NCBI GenBank assembly: GCA_037143235.1
Contig: JBAWZC010000004.1
Location: 1,776-65,775 of the forward strand
Direction: 5' to 3'
Length of the DNA stretch: 64,000 nt
Origin: Candidatus Berkelbacteria bacterium
Lineage (GTDB): Bacteria > Patescibacteriota > UBA1384 > XYA2-FULL-43-10 > 1-14-0-10-43-13
In this document: positions 1 through 10,068 of the stretch, piece by piece
How positions within the stretch are numbered: position 1 is the stretch's first letter
How the letters are laid out: every line of letters starts with the position of its first letter
Translations under genes and position numbers: made by a program
The notes under the pieces: model-generated
What the model was told of the DNA's origin: nothing
The model's database searches: none
What the model saw: only the letters and a program-made list of their open reading frames with translations

Positions 1-1706
1 CGCGCAAAGCTTTGATTTTTTCCTCAACATCACTCTTCAGATTACCGTCGACTTTGTCGCCAGCATCTTTGATGGACTTCTCGGCCGTGTAGATGAGAGT
101 ATCAGCAACATTTTTGGCCTCGATAGTTTCTTTCTTTTTCTTGTCATCTTCAGCGTGATCTTCGGCTTCTTTTTTCATCCGCTCGATCTCAGCTTCAGAC
201 AAACCAGAAGAAGAGGTGATAGTGATGTGTTGTTCTTTGTTTGTTGCTTTGTCAGTGGCTTTGACATTGACGATACCGTTGGCATCGATGTCGAAGGTGA
301 CCTCAACTTGCGGAATGCCTCTTGGCGCTGGTGGTAAGCCATCCAAGATAAATCTTCCTAAGGTTTTGTTGTCATTGGCCATCTCTCTCTCGCCCTGCAA
401 AACATGGATTTCCACAGAGGTTTGATTGTCGGCAGCGGTTGAAAAGACCTGCGATTTCGAGGTTGGGATGGTCGTGTTTCTCTCGATCAATTTGGTCGAA
501 ATGCCACCGAGCGTTTCGATACCAAGTGATAGTGGAGTTACATCGAGCAAGAGCAAGTCTTTGACCTCGCCTGTGAGAACACCGCCCTGTATGGCAGCGC
601 CAATGGCGACAGCTTCATCGGGGTTTACTGAATGGTTTGGTTCTTTGCCAAAGAATTTCTTGACTGCCTCACGAACAGCGGGCATGCGAGTCATGCCACC
701 GACCAAGATAACTTCGTCGATATCTTTTTTATCAAGTTTGGCATCTTTCAAGACCTTCTCGCATGGCTTTAGCGTTTTTTCGATGTAGTCAGCAACCAAG
801 CTCTCAAGTTTGGCTCGATCAAGATTGATCTGCAAATGTTTTGGTCCGCTAGCATCAGCCGTGACAAAAGGCAGATTGATATCAGATTGGGCGGTTGTGG
901 AAAGTTCAATCTTAGCTTTTTCGGCAGCTTCCTTGACGCGCTGGATGGCAGCCTTGTCGTTGTGTAGGTCGACACCCTGATCTTTTTTAAATTCATCGAT
1001 GATATAGTCCATCAAGATTTGGTCAAAGTCGTCACCGCCAAGATGAGTGTCACCATTGGTAGCTTTTACTTCGAAGACGCCATCACCAAGTTCCAAGATA
1101 GTGATATCAAAAGTACCACCACCAAGGTCATAGACGGCAATTTTTTCATTTTTCTTCTTGTCGAGACCGTAGGCTAGAGCAGCTGCAGTTGGCTCGTTGA
1201 TAATTCTTTTTACATCAAGGCCGGCGATCTTGCCAGCATCTTTGGTTGCTTGTCTCTGTGCATCGTTAAAGTAGGCCGGAACAGTAATAACTGCCTCGGT
1301 AACTTTTTCACCTAGATAAGTTTCAGCATCAGCCTTAATTTTTTGTAAAACAAAAGCTGATATTTCCTGAGAGCTGTAGTCCTTGCCGTTCATGACGATG
1401 CGCACAGAGCCGTCGGAGGCTTTCTTGGTGTTATATGGCATCTTTTTGAGATCAGCTTGTGTTTCAGCATCGTCAAATTTGCGACCAATAAACCTCTTGA
1501 CTGAGAAGACTGTATTTTCAGAGTTAGTGACAGCTTGTCTCTTGGCTAACTGACCGACTAAACGGTCGCCTTTCTTTGTTTCAGCAATGACACTAGGAAC
1601 AGTTCGTCCGCCCTCGGACGAGCTAATGATTTTGGCTTCGCCACCTTCCATGATTGAGACTGCCGAGTTGGTGGTACCAAGGTCGATACCGATGATTTTT
1701 CCCATA
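1..1706 (-). CDS. dnaK: Molecular chaperone DnaK (Hsp70). C-terminus runs off the 5' window edge; start ATG on the complement at 1704-1706.
   Basis: Reverse-strand translation begins [22 protein letters not shown], followed by DLGGGTFD, the [15 protein letters not shown]-type motif and [14 protein letters not shown]. The provided ORF track has no full-length ORF here because the gene has no stop inside the window. Confidence 0.95.
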
Positions 1707-1914
1707 TTCTTCCTTTCTTGTGTTGTTCTCGCACAAGCGAGAATGTTATTTTTTGTATCTTAATTATAAACCCTACAACTAAAAATGTAAAGTATACTTT
1801 ACATTTTGTCAAGAGGTCTTTCGCAGAAAGAGGTCGCAGACCCTCCGTAGCCCTGTCTGCCGACAGGCAGGCTTGGCGAAGGACGGGTCACAAGAGGTCT
1901 TCGTGAATTTGCCC

Positions 1915-2754
1915 TTAGGCAGTGCCGCTACTAAGGTATCTTTCTTCTTGGTCGTCGTCAAATTTCTCATAGACGCCGAGAATGGCCATTGCAAATAAGA
2001 TAATCCAGAAAAGTAATTCTTCAAGCGGGAATCTAACATTAAGCAGTGAAATCCAACCAACAAATTGCCAGCCAGGAAATTGCCACCAATCGTGTTTAAG
2101 TGCGGTAATCTCGTAAATGAAGCTTAAATAAAAGAAGTAGGCCGCAGTCTTTAGAAATTTCGGAGTCAATTTCGCATGCGTTGAAACTTCGAAAAAGGCT
2201 GGGATGCCGATCAGTAATATTCCAAAGATGAAGTAGAAATAGGGGACACGAAGCCACGAGGGATTAACTAACAGCACCGTAATAAATGGGGCAATGATGG
2301 CGAATCCGATGACATATAGATATTTAAATTTTGCAGCGAATGTTTTTTTGACAACATGGTGGTTTAAAAAGTATTCGTAAAACATAATTACGGAGTAAAA
2401 ATTTAAGACAGCCCACAATCCTTGTTCGATCGGGACAACACCGAAAAATCGAAAAGACGATACCGATGATGGGATAATCCATTGACCCATTATTTGGCCA
2501 ATGTAATCAACAACGAGAATTGTGGGAATACTCGCGACAATCGAAAAAGAGAGAGCTTTTAGGGCACATTTTGGTAGCCTTATGGACAGAAATAATGATG
2601 GTAGACCAAGAAAAAGGATGATTGACCAAAGATAATTGACTGAGTAGATTGAGGCAATAACCGAGGCGAAGATCGGCAAAAGTAGGATAATTGTTAGATC
2701 AAATAGCCCTTTCCTAAGTTTTTCTGTCATCCTCCTCCTATTGTGAAATATCAC
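1915..2754 (-). CDS. Polytopic integral membrane protein of unknown function, sitting between grpE and dnaK. The start may instead be the internal Met at 2730.
   Basis: 279-aa ORF with many hydrophobic helices and no recognisable catalytic motif. Confidence 0.5.
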   Translation of the reverse strand: MIFHNRRRMTEKLRKGLFDLTIILLLPIFASVIASIYSVNYLWSIILFLGLPSLFLSIRLPKCALKALSFSIVASIPTILVVDYIGQIMGQWIIPSSVSSFRFFGVVPIEQGLWAVLNFYSVIMFYEYFLNHHVVKKTFAAKFKYLYVIGFAIIAPFITVLLVNPSWLRVPYFYFIFGILLIGIPAFFEVSTHAKLTPKFLKTAAYFFYLSFIYEITALKHDWWQFPGWQFVGWISLLNVRFPLEELLFWIILFAMAILGVYEKFDDDQEERYLSSGTA

Positions 2755-2825
2755 TCAATCGAATACTTTTTAGCGGCTTTGATGATCTGTGACGAGACCA
2801 TGATTCAGCATTCTAATACAATATT

Positions 2826-3290
2826 TTAGCTTACTCCATTTGAGACTTTGACTTTGGCTGGGCGGACGATGATGTCATTGTATCGATATCCAGCAGAAAT
2901 TTCTTCGACGATCTCACCCTCAGGTTTTTCGGAGGGAATATGTTCTACTGCCTCATGCAGATTGTGATCAAATTGTTGACCCAAAGACTCGATTTTTTGT
3001 AAACCTTCTTCGGCTAGGACGGTTTCAAGCTGTTTTTCTATTTGCCTGACACCGATAACCCAGTTATCATTCGCTAAATTTTCTGGTACATGTTTGGCAG
3101 CTAACTGAAAATTGTCGAGTACTGGCAATAAACTCATGATCAGATCTAGATTGGCAAATTTGATTGTCTTGGCTCGATCCATCTCGGCCTGTCTCTTGAA
3201 ATTGGCAAAATCAGCCTGAGCTCGCTGCCAGCCAGCGGTCAACTCACCAATTTTTTGTTGTAATTCTTCTGCTTGTTTGTCTTTTTTCAT
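2826..3290 (-). CDS. grpE: Nucleotide exchange factor GrpE
   Basis: 154 aa with an N-terminal coiled-coil region and a C-terminal GrpE-like segment (VLDNFQLA, YRYNDIIVRPAKV). Lies immediately upstream of the membrane protein and dnaK on the same strand. Confidence 0.85.
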   Translation of the reverse strand: MKKDKQAEELQQKIGELTAGWQRAQADFANFKRQAEMDRAKTIKFANLDLIMSLLPVLDNFQLAAKHVPENLANDNWVIGVRQIEKQLETVLAEEGLQKIESLGQQFDHNLHEAVEHIPSEKPEGEIVEEISAGYRYNDIIVRPAKVKVSNGVS

Positions 3291-3449
3291 AGCTTCATTT
3301 TAGCAAATATTTTCCAAATAAGCTAGAATTGAAATCAGGAGTTGGAAGTTGGAGATTAGGAGCTAGAAGTCCCCACTTCGCTCTCCGAGCTACGCGGGGC
3401 AGGCAGGAGCCAGTTTGCAGAATTAAATGTGCCCTTCCGTCCTCCTCTT

Positions 3450-3513
3450 GTCATTCCCGCGCAGGCGGGAATCTACAAAAGATTAAGCGGATTCCCGCCT
3501 GCGCGGGAATGAC
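3450..3513. repeat. Perfect 24-bp inverted repeat pair (GTCATTCCCGCGCAGGCGGGAATC and its reverse complement) separated by 15 nt. Each arm contains an internal ATTCCC-N8-GGGAAT palindrome.
   Basis: Read directly from the sequence. Related copies occur at 58771-58868, with partial copies at 53816 and 48262. Confidence 0.8.
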
Positions 3514-3544
3514 ATTAAAAAAATAGATGTCATTGCGAGGATCA

Positions 3545-4963
3545 ATGAAGATTTTTGTTGATAATTTGAAATACTCTTTTCGAATATTTACCATTGTGGC
3601 TGTGGGTTTTTTGATTGGTGTCGCGGTGGGAGAAGTTCAACAAGTCATTAATCTTGGCTTGTCGGTATTAATTGCCTTATCTGTTCTTTTCATTACAGTT
3701 GGAGCAATCAATTATTTACTCAAAAATCAGTATTTGACTTTGGCCGCATCGATGTTTGTTTTTATCTTTATTGGCATTATCTATAATCTGCAATTTGCTC
3801 ACAGCGTCGTACCAAAAATTAATTTTGGCACAGATGTTACGATTACCGGCGTGGTTGCCGATCGGCCAGATCTTAGTAAGGGGAAGCAAAAAATTGTTGT
3901 CGACGCCATCGAAAATGGTCGGAAAACGAGGATTTTGGTTTTTTTGCCACACTTTCCCGCATATCGTGTTGGCGACGAACTGCGTATCTCTGGGCAGATT
4001 GATAAACCAGCGATGATCGAGGATTTTGATTATCCGGGTTATCTCAAGGGGCAAAAGATTTTTAGTTATATCCGACAGCCAAAATCAGTTGAAAAAATTG
4101 GTCAAAGCGGAAAGATCGGCTATCGTTTCCGAGCTAGTTTATTTAATTTGGCACAGAAGATCGAGAATGTTTTGCAAAAAACTCTACCAGAACCGCAAGC
4201 GTCCCTAGCGGAGGGTTTGATTCTCGGCGCCAAAAAAGATTTGCCAGCTGATTTCGTTCTGGCTTTGCAGCGTACTGGCCTAACTCACATTGTCGCGCTG
4301 TCTGGCTATAATGTGACGATCATCGTGATTGCCCTGTCGGCGCTGCTGCTGACAATTATTGGCCGCAAAAAAACCTTTTGGCTGAGTGTAGTATTGGTTT
4401 TGTTTTTCGTTACGATGACTGGTGGCGCATCATCTGTTGTTCGGGCCGCCATTTTCTCTATCGCTATCATTTTCGGCCAGACGATGTTGGGGCGACCTGG
4501 TGATCAGACTAACCTGATGTTGCTGGCGGCAATCGTTATGGTTTTGTTCAATCCTTTCATTCTTTGTCATGACATAGGTTTTCAGCTCTCTTTCTTGGCT
4601 TTTTGTGGCTTGATCTATTTGTCGCCAATATTAAAAAAATCGTTCGCCAGTAGAAAGGGGAGATACATCCCTGAGAATATTCGCAACACAGCTGCCGAAA
4701 CACTGAGCGCCCAGTTTGCGGTCTTGCCGATCATGATCTTCCAGTTCAAGCAAATTTCGCTTATCGCCCCAGTTTCAAATATTTTGATACTTTGGATTAT
4801 TCCTCTGACGATGCTGTATTCATTTATCGTTGGCTTAATCGGCTTGCTCTGGCTGCCAGCTGCAAAAATTTTTGCTGACGCGGCTTGGCCGCTTTTAACT
4901 TATATTATCGACGGTGTCGTTTGGATGTCGAAGATTCCGTTCGCCAGCTATGTTTGGAAATAG
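3545..4963 (+). CDS. comEC: ComEC/Rec2-family competence protein, membrane channel portion (DUF4131 plus competence domain)
   Basis: Polytopic membrane protein with the ComEC-type layout: an N-terminal OB-like periplasmic segment followed by multiple TM helices (LTHIVALSGYNVTII). Start chosen at ATG 3545 with a GAGGA motif 8 nt upstream; the track ORF starts at 3527. Confidence 0.75.
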   Translation: MKIFVDNLKYSFRIFTIVAVGFLIGVAVGEVQQVINLGLSVLIALSVLFITVGAINYLLKNQYLTLAASMFVFIFIGIIYNLQFAHSVVPKINFGTDVTITGVVADRPDLSKGKQKIVVDAIENGRKTRILVFLPHFPAYRVGDELRISGQIDKPAMIEDFDYPGYLKGQKIFSYIRQPKSVEKIGQSGKIGYRFRASLFNLAQKIENVLQKTLPEPQASLAEGLILGAKKDLPADFVLALQRTGLTHIVALSGYNVTIIVIALSALLLTIIGRKKTFWLSVVLVLFFVTMTGGASSVVRAAIFSIAIIFGQTMLGRPGDQTNLMLLAAIVMVLFNPFILCHDIGFQLSFLAFCGLIYLSPILKKSFASRKGRYIPENIRNTAAETLSAQFAVLPIMIFQFKQISLIAPVSNILILWIIPLTMLYSFIVGLIGLLWLPAAKIFADAAWPLLTYIIDGVVWMSKIPFASYVWK

Positions 4964-4991
4964 TTGCAAAATAAACTGAAGTAGGACTTTC

Positions 4992-5855
4992 GTGCTCAAA
5001 ACAATTTTAAATTTTATAGTTATTACCCTGTTACTGATTGGATTCAGCCTGATTTTTAAGGTTGGTAGCCGCCAGCTCGATCCAGCTGTAAAAGTATATT
5101 TTCTTGATGTTGGACAGGGCGACTCTGAGTTAATTCAATTCGGCGACACGCAGGTCTTAATTGATGGCGGCCCGAGTTCAGATGTGGTGCAGAAACTTGG
5201 CGACAAGATGCCAGTCGGTGACAAAAATATTGAATATATGATCCTGACCCATCCTCACGCCGACCATATCGTCGGCCTGAACGCGGTTCTCGATCGCTAT
5301 ACTGTTGGAAAAATTTACAGTTCCGGCGTGGTCGGATCATCTGATGTCTATCTGGAGTTTTTGTCGAAGGTCAGAGACAAAAATATTGAGATGGTCGTGC
5401 CAGAAATTGGCTACCGCTTTGAACCTTTTCCCGACGGAGAGATTAGTTTTTTTTGGCCTGGCGACAAGTTCAAGTCACTCGAAGCAACAGATTTAAACGA
5501 CACCTCGGAGGTGAATAATTTTTGCTACAAATCACACTGCATATTTTTTACCGGCGATATTCAGGCGGATGCGGTGGCTGAGATATCTGCTTCCAATGAT
5601 TCGACAAAATTATTATCCGAAGTGATCAAAGTGCCTCATCATGGTTCAAAGTATTCACTCAGCCCAGAGTTTTATCAAAAGGTAAATCCAGAGACTGCTA
5701 TTGTCTCAGCCAGTGCGGGGAATAGCTACGGTCATCCACATCAAGAAGTCTTGAATTATTTGCAAAGCGTTGGCATCAACATTTTTCGCACAGATCAAGA
5801 TGGCGACATTACCTGTTCTTTTGTGGACAAGTGGCAATGTCAAGGATCAAGATAG
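4992..5855 (+). CDS. Metallo-beta-lactamase-fold hydrolase with its own N-terminal TM anchor. Resembles the C-terminal domain of ComEC.
   Basis: Motifs LDVGQGDSELIQ, ILTHPHADHIVGL and VPHHGS. It is a separate ORF 28 nt after the comEC stop. Confidence 0.75.
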   Translation: MLKTILNFIVITLLLIGFSLIFKVGSRQLDPAVKVYFLDVGQGDSELIQFGDTQVLIDGGPSSDVVQKLGDKMPVGDKNIEYMILTHPHADHIVGLNAVLDRYTVGKIYSSGVVGSSDVYLEFLSKVRDKNIEMVVPEIGYRFEPFPDGEISFFWPGDKFKSLEATDLNDTSEVNNFCYKSHCIFFTGDIQADAVAEISASNDSTKLLSEVIKVPHHGSKYSLSPEFYQKVNPETAIVSASAGNSYGHPHQEVLNYLQSVGINIFRTDQDGDITCSFVDKWQCQGSR

Positions 5856-5958
5856 CTGGATTTGAAATCAAAACTTTGTTATGTTGAAATTGTTTTATTT
5901 TTGGAATATTCTCAGATGAGAATTTGTTTAGAAATTACTAATTGGAGCGTAGCGACCG

Positions 5959-6690
5959 ATGTCTGGACACAGCAAGTGGGCAACCACAAAACATAAGAAA
6001 GCGATTATTGACTCGAAACGGTCAAAAGTTTTTACGAAGGTTGCGAAACTAGTTACTATCGCTGCCAGAGACGGCAAATCGGGCGATCCAGTGATGAATC
6101 CATCTTTGCGATTGGCGATTGACAATGCCAAGGCAGTTTCGATGCCAAAAGATAATATTGATCGAGCTATCAAAAGGGGATTGGGCGGTCTCGATGGTGG
6201 TGCTCAACTTGAGGAAATTGTTTACGAGGCTTATGCCCCAGGTGGAGTCGCTCTTTTAATTGAATGTTTGACCGACAATAAAAACCGAGCGTTAGGAGAG
6301 ATCAGGGCACTTTTGAATAAAGCTGGCGGTTCGCTGGCAGCTACCGGTAGTGTTGGCTATTTATTCAAAAAAGTTGGTCAGATCATCGTTGATGAGTCGA
6401 CCAATTCGGCCAAGGGTGACGATCTGGATATGATAATTATCGATTCTGGAGCTGAAGATTTTTCCAGAGAAGAGGATCTGGTCGTAATAACTTGCGCATT
6501 TACTGAGCTCAACCATGTCAATGCGACGCTCAAAGATGCTGGCGTTTTAGTCGAAAGCTCAGAAGTTGTTTATATTCCAAACACCTTTCTCGATGTCAGC
6601 GAAGACAAGAAAATCTCAGTGGAAAATCTGATTGAAGCGATCGATGATCTCGATGATGTTAATAGCGTCTACACCAACGCAAGCTTGTAA
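5959..6690 (+). CDS. YebC/PmpR-family DNA-binding transcriptional regulator
   Basis: Starts MSGHSKWATTKHKKAIIDSKRSKVFTKVAKLVTIAARDGKSGDPVMNPSLRLAIDNAKA, which is diagnostic of the family. Confidence 0.9.
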   Translation: MSGHSKWATTKHKKAIIDSKRSKVFTKVAKLVTIAARDGKSGDPVMNPSLRLAIDNAKAVSMPKDNIDRAIKRGLGGLDGGAQLEEIVYEAYAPGGVALLIECLTDNKNRALGEIRALLNKAGGSLAATGSVGYLFKKVGQIIVDESTNSAKGDDLDMIIIDSGAEDFSREEDLVVITCAFTELNHVNATLKDAGVLVESSEVVYIPNTFLDVSEDKKISVENLIEAIDDLDDVNSVYTNASL

Positions 6691-6818
6691 AATATTGTTA
6701 ACAAAAAACATTCGAGAAAGTCTGGGATGTTTTTTTTGATAAACTGTGTTCTCTAGTCTTTGATTTTCTTTTCTGAGGGAATATAATGGTTATGAATCAA
6801 ATTTAAAAAAGGAGAGAT

Positions 6819-7523
6819 GTGAAACCAGTATGGATCGTGGTGATTTCGGTGCTTATTACGGGCCTCGTCGTCGGCGGTTTAACTTACTTTTTTATCAACC
6901 GGGCCGCGACTAGCGATAAAAATGATTTGCAATCTCAGATAAGTTCTCTGGATAATAAATTATCTGGAACAGAGAAGTCACTTTCGAGTGCGTTGTCTAG
7001 TTCTTCGTCAAGCAGTTCTGACTCTTCGTCTTCGAGCTCATCTGTCTCTGCAACGAGCTCGTCAAGTTCGTCTGCTGCCGTCTCGTCGGCATTTTCATTG
7101 ACCAATTTGAAGGCTGCTAGTGTTGTTGTTGGCGGTACGACATACAAACTGGTTAACGGAGTTTTCGACCAGACTGCAGATGGCCCTTTCAACACTGAGA
7201 TACCAGCGACAATCACATTGGACCAGAAAAATTATGCAGTTGATACGGCTAATGCAAATCAAGCTGCAATTATTTTGACACTCGGCGGTATGAGACATGC
7301 GGGGGCAACTGTTAGTCCGACTGAGCTCGAAATCATGACTAACAGCGCTGGTACTCCAAAATATGCAGCCAGAGTATTGCTTGATGGATATTTTGAATGT
7401 ACAGTTAATTCCATCGCTTTTGCCTCAAACATTGTGACTGTGAGCTTTACCAGAGTGGGAGCAACAATAGCGAAGACAGTTTCCTACAAACTTAACGCCA
7501 ACAATACCCTGACCCTGCAATAG
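6819..7523 (+). CDS. Hypothetical membrane-anchored protein with a low-complexity poly-Ser tract
   Basis: N-terminal TM helix followed by the tract SSSSSSSDSSSSSSSVSATSSSSSSAAVSS and a C-terminal globular part. Confidence 0.45.
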   Translation: MKPVWIVVISVLITGLVVGGLTYFFINRAATSDKNDLQSQISSLDNKLSGTEKSLSSALSSSSSSSSDSSSSSSSVSATSSSSSSAAVSSAFSLTNLKAASVVVGGTTYKLVNGVFDQTADGPFNTEIPATITLDQKNYAVDTANANQAAIILTLGGMRHAGATVSPTELEIMTNSAGTPKYAARVLLDGYFECTVNSIAFASNIVTVSFTRVGATIAKTVSYKLNANNTLTLQ

Positions 7524-7627
7524 ACTTGGCCTAATAGCAAACACGATAAAGTTTTTATCTATTCGAAATCGTATTGATGCGATACAATGGATATAACCAA
7601 ATCGTGTTTTGTTATTAATTTTCTCCA

Positions 7628-8347
7628 ATGAAAAATCTCATTTCTATCTCGACCGGACTAGTCTATCGTGTCAGCGAAGACAAAAATGTTCAAATCAAAA
7701 CCATCGGTAAATTTAAGCCGAGTGGTATCGAGTTGGTTTTACCATTTCCTGAAACATTATTTGATTTCGAGCCAGACGAAGAATCTCTCGAGATAATTCG
7801 CGGTTTGGACTTTTTTACTATTCACGCCCCATCTGGTCGAGGTTTAAAGTACTGTGATAACGTTGAGACACAAAAAATTCTAGCCAAATTGTCGTATCTT
7901 TCCAGAGAGCTTGATGTAAAAAATGTGACTTTTCATATTGAAAATATCGAAAGCTACGATATTTTTCGTCAATGTGATTTCAAGGTTTCGATTGAAAACG
8001 CTGACCATCGTAAATCATTTGGCCAAACTCCAGCCGAGATGGAGAAAATTTTAAGCGCGCATCCAAATCTATTTTTTACTTTTGATTTCGCTCACGCGAT
8101 GATCGTTAATCCTACATATGTCTCGGATTTCTTAAAAATGAAAAGCAGATTTTCGGAGATCCATATGTCTGTCTGTTCTGAAGAACTTAAAGAACATCAT
8201 TTCATCCACCTAAAGCACAAAGACACATTTGCCGAGGTGATAAAGCAGTTGCCACAGAATGTTCCTTTTGTTATCGAATCCGCAGCGATGAAAGCAGGGG
8301 AAATCAATTATGTTGTTGAGGAAATAAAATATTTGCGCTCGATTTAA
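7628..8347 (+). CDS. Xylose-isomerase-like TIM-barrel protein (sugar phosphate isomerase/epimerase family). Low-confidence call.
   Basis: Segments TIHAPSG, VTFHIENIE, VSIENAD, FTFDFAHA and VIES are spaced like the metal-binding positions of the AP-endonuclease-2 fold. Confidence 0.4.
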   Translation: MKNLISISTGLVYRVSEDKNVQIKTIGKFKPSGIELVLPFPETLFDFEPDEESLEIIRGLDFFTIHAPSGRGLKYCDNVETQKILAKLSYLSRELDVKNVTFHIENIESYDIFRQCDFKVSIENADHRKSFGQTPAEMEKILSAHPNLFFTFDFAHAMIVNPTYVSDFLKMKSRFSEIHMSVCSEELKEHHFIHLKHKDTFAEVIKQLPQNVPFVIESAAMKAGEINYVVEEIKYLRSI

Positions 8348-8363
8348 CGATGTTTTACCGGGA

Positions 8364-8894
8364 ATGATAAATTTAATGAAAAATGAGAATAGTAAATTGA
8401 AAAACGAGAACTCGAAGCGGATTTTGGGGATTGACCCTGGCACGGGGATAATGGGCTGGGGGTTGATCGAAATATCCAATAACAAGATCGTGCCGATTAA
8501 ATACGGTTGCATTAGAACGCCAGCCAACACAGAGATATCGGTGCGTCTTTTGCATATTTTTAATTCACTTTCTGATATAATCAAAGAGAACAAACCGGAC
8601 GAAGTAGCGATTGAGGAGCTGTTCTTCTTCAAGAACCAAAAGACCATTATCAGTGTCGCGGAGGCTAGGGGTGTGGCCGTGGTCTGTGCCAAGAAGATGG
8701 GGTTGCCAGTCTTTGGCTATACACCACTTCAGGTCAAGCAAGCGCTGACTGGGTACGGCCGAGCCGAGAAAAAACAGATTCAGGAGATGGTGAAGACAGT
8801 TTGCAGTCTGCGTGAATGTCCGAAGCCAGATGATGCCGCTGATGCTCTGGCAGTGGCGATAACACATGGACAAACTGATCAGCGAATACGCTGA
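8364..8894 (+). CDS. ruvC: Crossover junction endodeoxyribonuclease RuvC
   Basis: RILGIDPGTGIMGWGLIE and catalytic-core spacing. The N-terminus carries a tandem KNENSK duplication; the true start may be a few codons downstream. Confidence 0.85.
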   Translation: MINLMKNENSKLKNENSKRILGIDPGTGIMGWGLIEISNNKIVPIKYGCIRTPANTEISVRLLHIFNSLSDIIKENKPDEVAIEELFFFKNQKTIISVAEARGVAVVCAKKMGLPVFGYTPLQVKQALTGYGRAEKKQIQEMVKTVCSLRECPKPDDAADALAVAITHGQTDQRIR

Positions 8895-9072
8895 TCAGGA
8901 AACTCTAAATCCTAAACACTAAATTCTAAATAAATTTGAAATTTAAAATTCAAAAATTTGAGATTATTTCGGATTTAGATATTAGAATTTATGAAAGCCC
9001 ATTCGACTCGCAATACTCGCTCAGGGCAAAACAACAACTTTTAGAATAGATTATTGACGTTTTGGAGGGCCC

Positions 9073-10056
9073 TTGCCACAATTGCGACAAAATATTATTA
9101 CTGGCGACTGGGTCGTCATTGCGCCAGAGAGGGCCAAAAGACCTCGAGATTTTGTAATTCCCAAGGGCGTGGAAATAAATGATCCTGCTGCCTGCCCTTT
9201 TTGCCCAGAGAACGATAATTTCAAACATCTAGAAAAGATTAGAAAAGCTTCGAACAGAAGTTGTTTTGCAGTTGAAAACCGGTATCCTGCCTTCATTGAA
9301 GATGAGAGCCAAAAAAGCCAGAGATCATATTATATCGAAGATGATTTTTATCGTGCCAAAGCCTCACGAGGCGATCATGAAGTTATCGTGATGAAAGATC
9401 ACCATCAACCCTTAAACCTGATGCCGCAAAAAGTCATCGAAGATATGCTGGAAATGTTGAGAGACCGATATTTATGCATGCGCGACAAAGAAGGCTTGGC
9501 CTCGATTATGCCGATCTACAATCATGGCCCTGAGGCTGGCGCATCAATTCTTCACCCTCACGCTCAAATATTTGGTTCCGGCATTGTTTCCAATACTGTT
9601 GGGAGAGAGATGGATGGAGCGGAAAAGTATTATGGGATCAACAGCTCGTGTGTGTACTGTGATATGGTCAAACATGAGAGGCGGCAAAAAACGCGCGTCG
9701 TCTATGAAAATGGCCAGTTTATCGCGATAAATTTCTTTGCTTCTAGGTTCCCTTTTGAAACATGGATACTTCCTAAAAATCATGAGAGTCAATTCGAAGA
9801 GACGACCAAAACAAGCATGTCTCAGTTTGCGACTGCCCTTCACGAAGTAGTTCAAAAAGTAAGCAAAACACTGGACAATCCGTCCTTAAACTGGTATATT
9901 CATACTCTACCTGCGCTGCAAGATAGATCTGCTTCTTACCATTGGCATCTGGAGTTAATCCCCAGAGTGTCCAATTTCGGCGGATTTGAACTTGGCAGTG
10001 AGGTCATTATCAATGTGATGTCTCCAGAGGAGGCAACGAAGTACCTAAAAAGCTAG
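9073..10056 (+). CDS. Galactose-1-phosphate uridylyltransferase (GalT) family nucleotidyltransferase
   Basis: CPFCPEN zinc motif, HPHAQIF His-Pro-His nucleotidyl motif, CVYCDM and HWHLELIPR. Confidence 0.75.
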   Translation: MPQLRQNIITGDWVVIAPERAKRPRDFVIPKGVEINDPAACPFCPENDNFKHLEKIRKASNRSCFAVENRYPAFIEDESQKSQRSYYIEDDFYRAKASRGDHEVIVMKDHHQPLNLMPQKVIEDMLEMLRDRYLCMRDKEGLASIMPIYNHGPEAGASILHPHAQIFGSGIVSNTVGREMDGAEKYYGINSSCVYCDMVKHERRQKTRVVYENGQFIAINFFASRFPFETWILPKNHESQFEETTKTSMSQFATALHEVVQKVSKTLDNPSLNWYIHTLPALQDRSASYHWHLELIPRVSNFGGFELGSEVIINVMSPEEATKYLKS

Positions 10057-10068
10057 CTGGACACGTTT

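Noticed and set aside
155-996. Several short ORFs from the track (155..337, 216..425, 426..788 on plus; 769..996 on minus) inside the dnaK region
   Set aside because: The minus-strand frame encodes an unbroken, unmistakable DnaK from 1706 down past position 1. These ORFs are out-of-frame or antisense artefacts.
3291-3340. CIRCE/HrcA operator upstream of grpE
   Set aside because: TTAGCAAAT ... AAGCTAG resembles it only loosely and lacks the TTAGCACTC-N9-GAGTGCTAA symmetry.
9524-9855. Internal and antisense ORFs within galT (9524..9730 on plus, 9544..9855 on minus), and similar nested ORFs inside gpmI, eno, typA, rny and murT
   Set aside because: They are nested in or antisense to long genes with strong family signatures, and carry no motifs.
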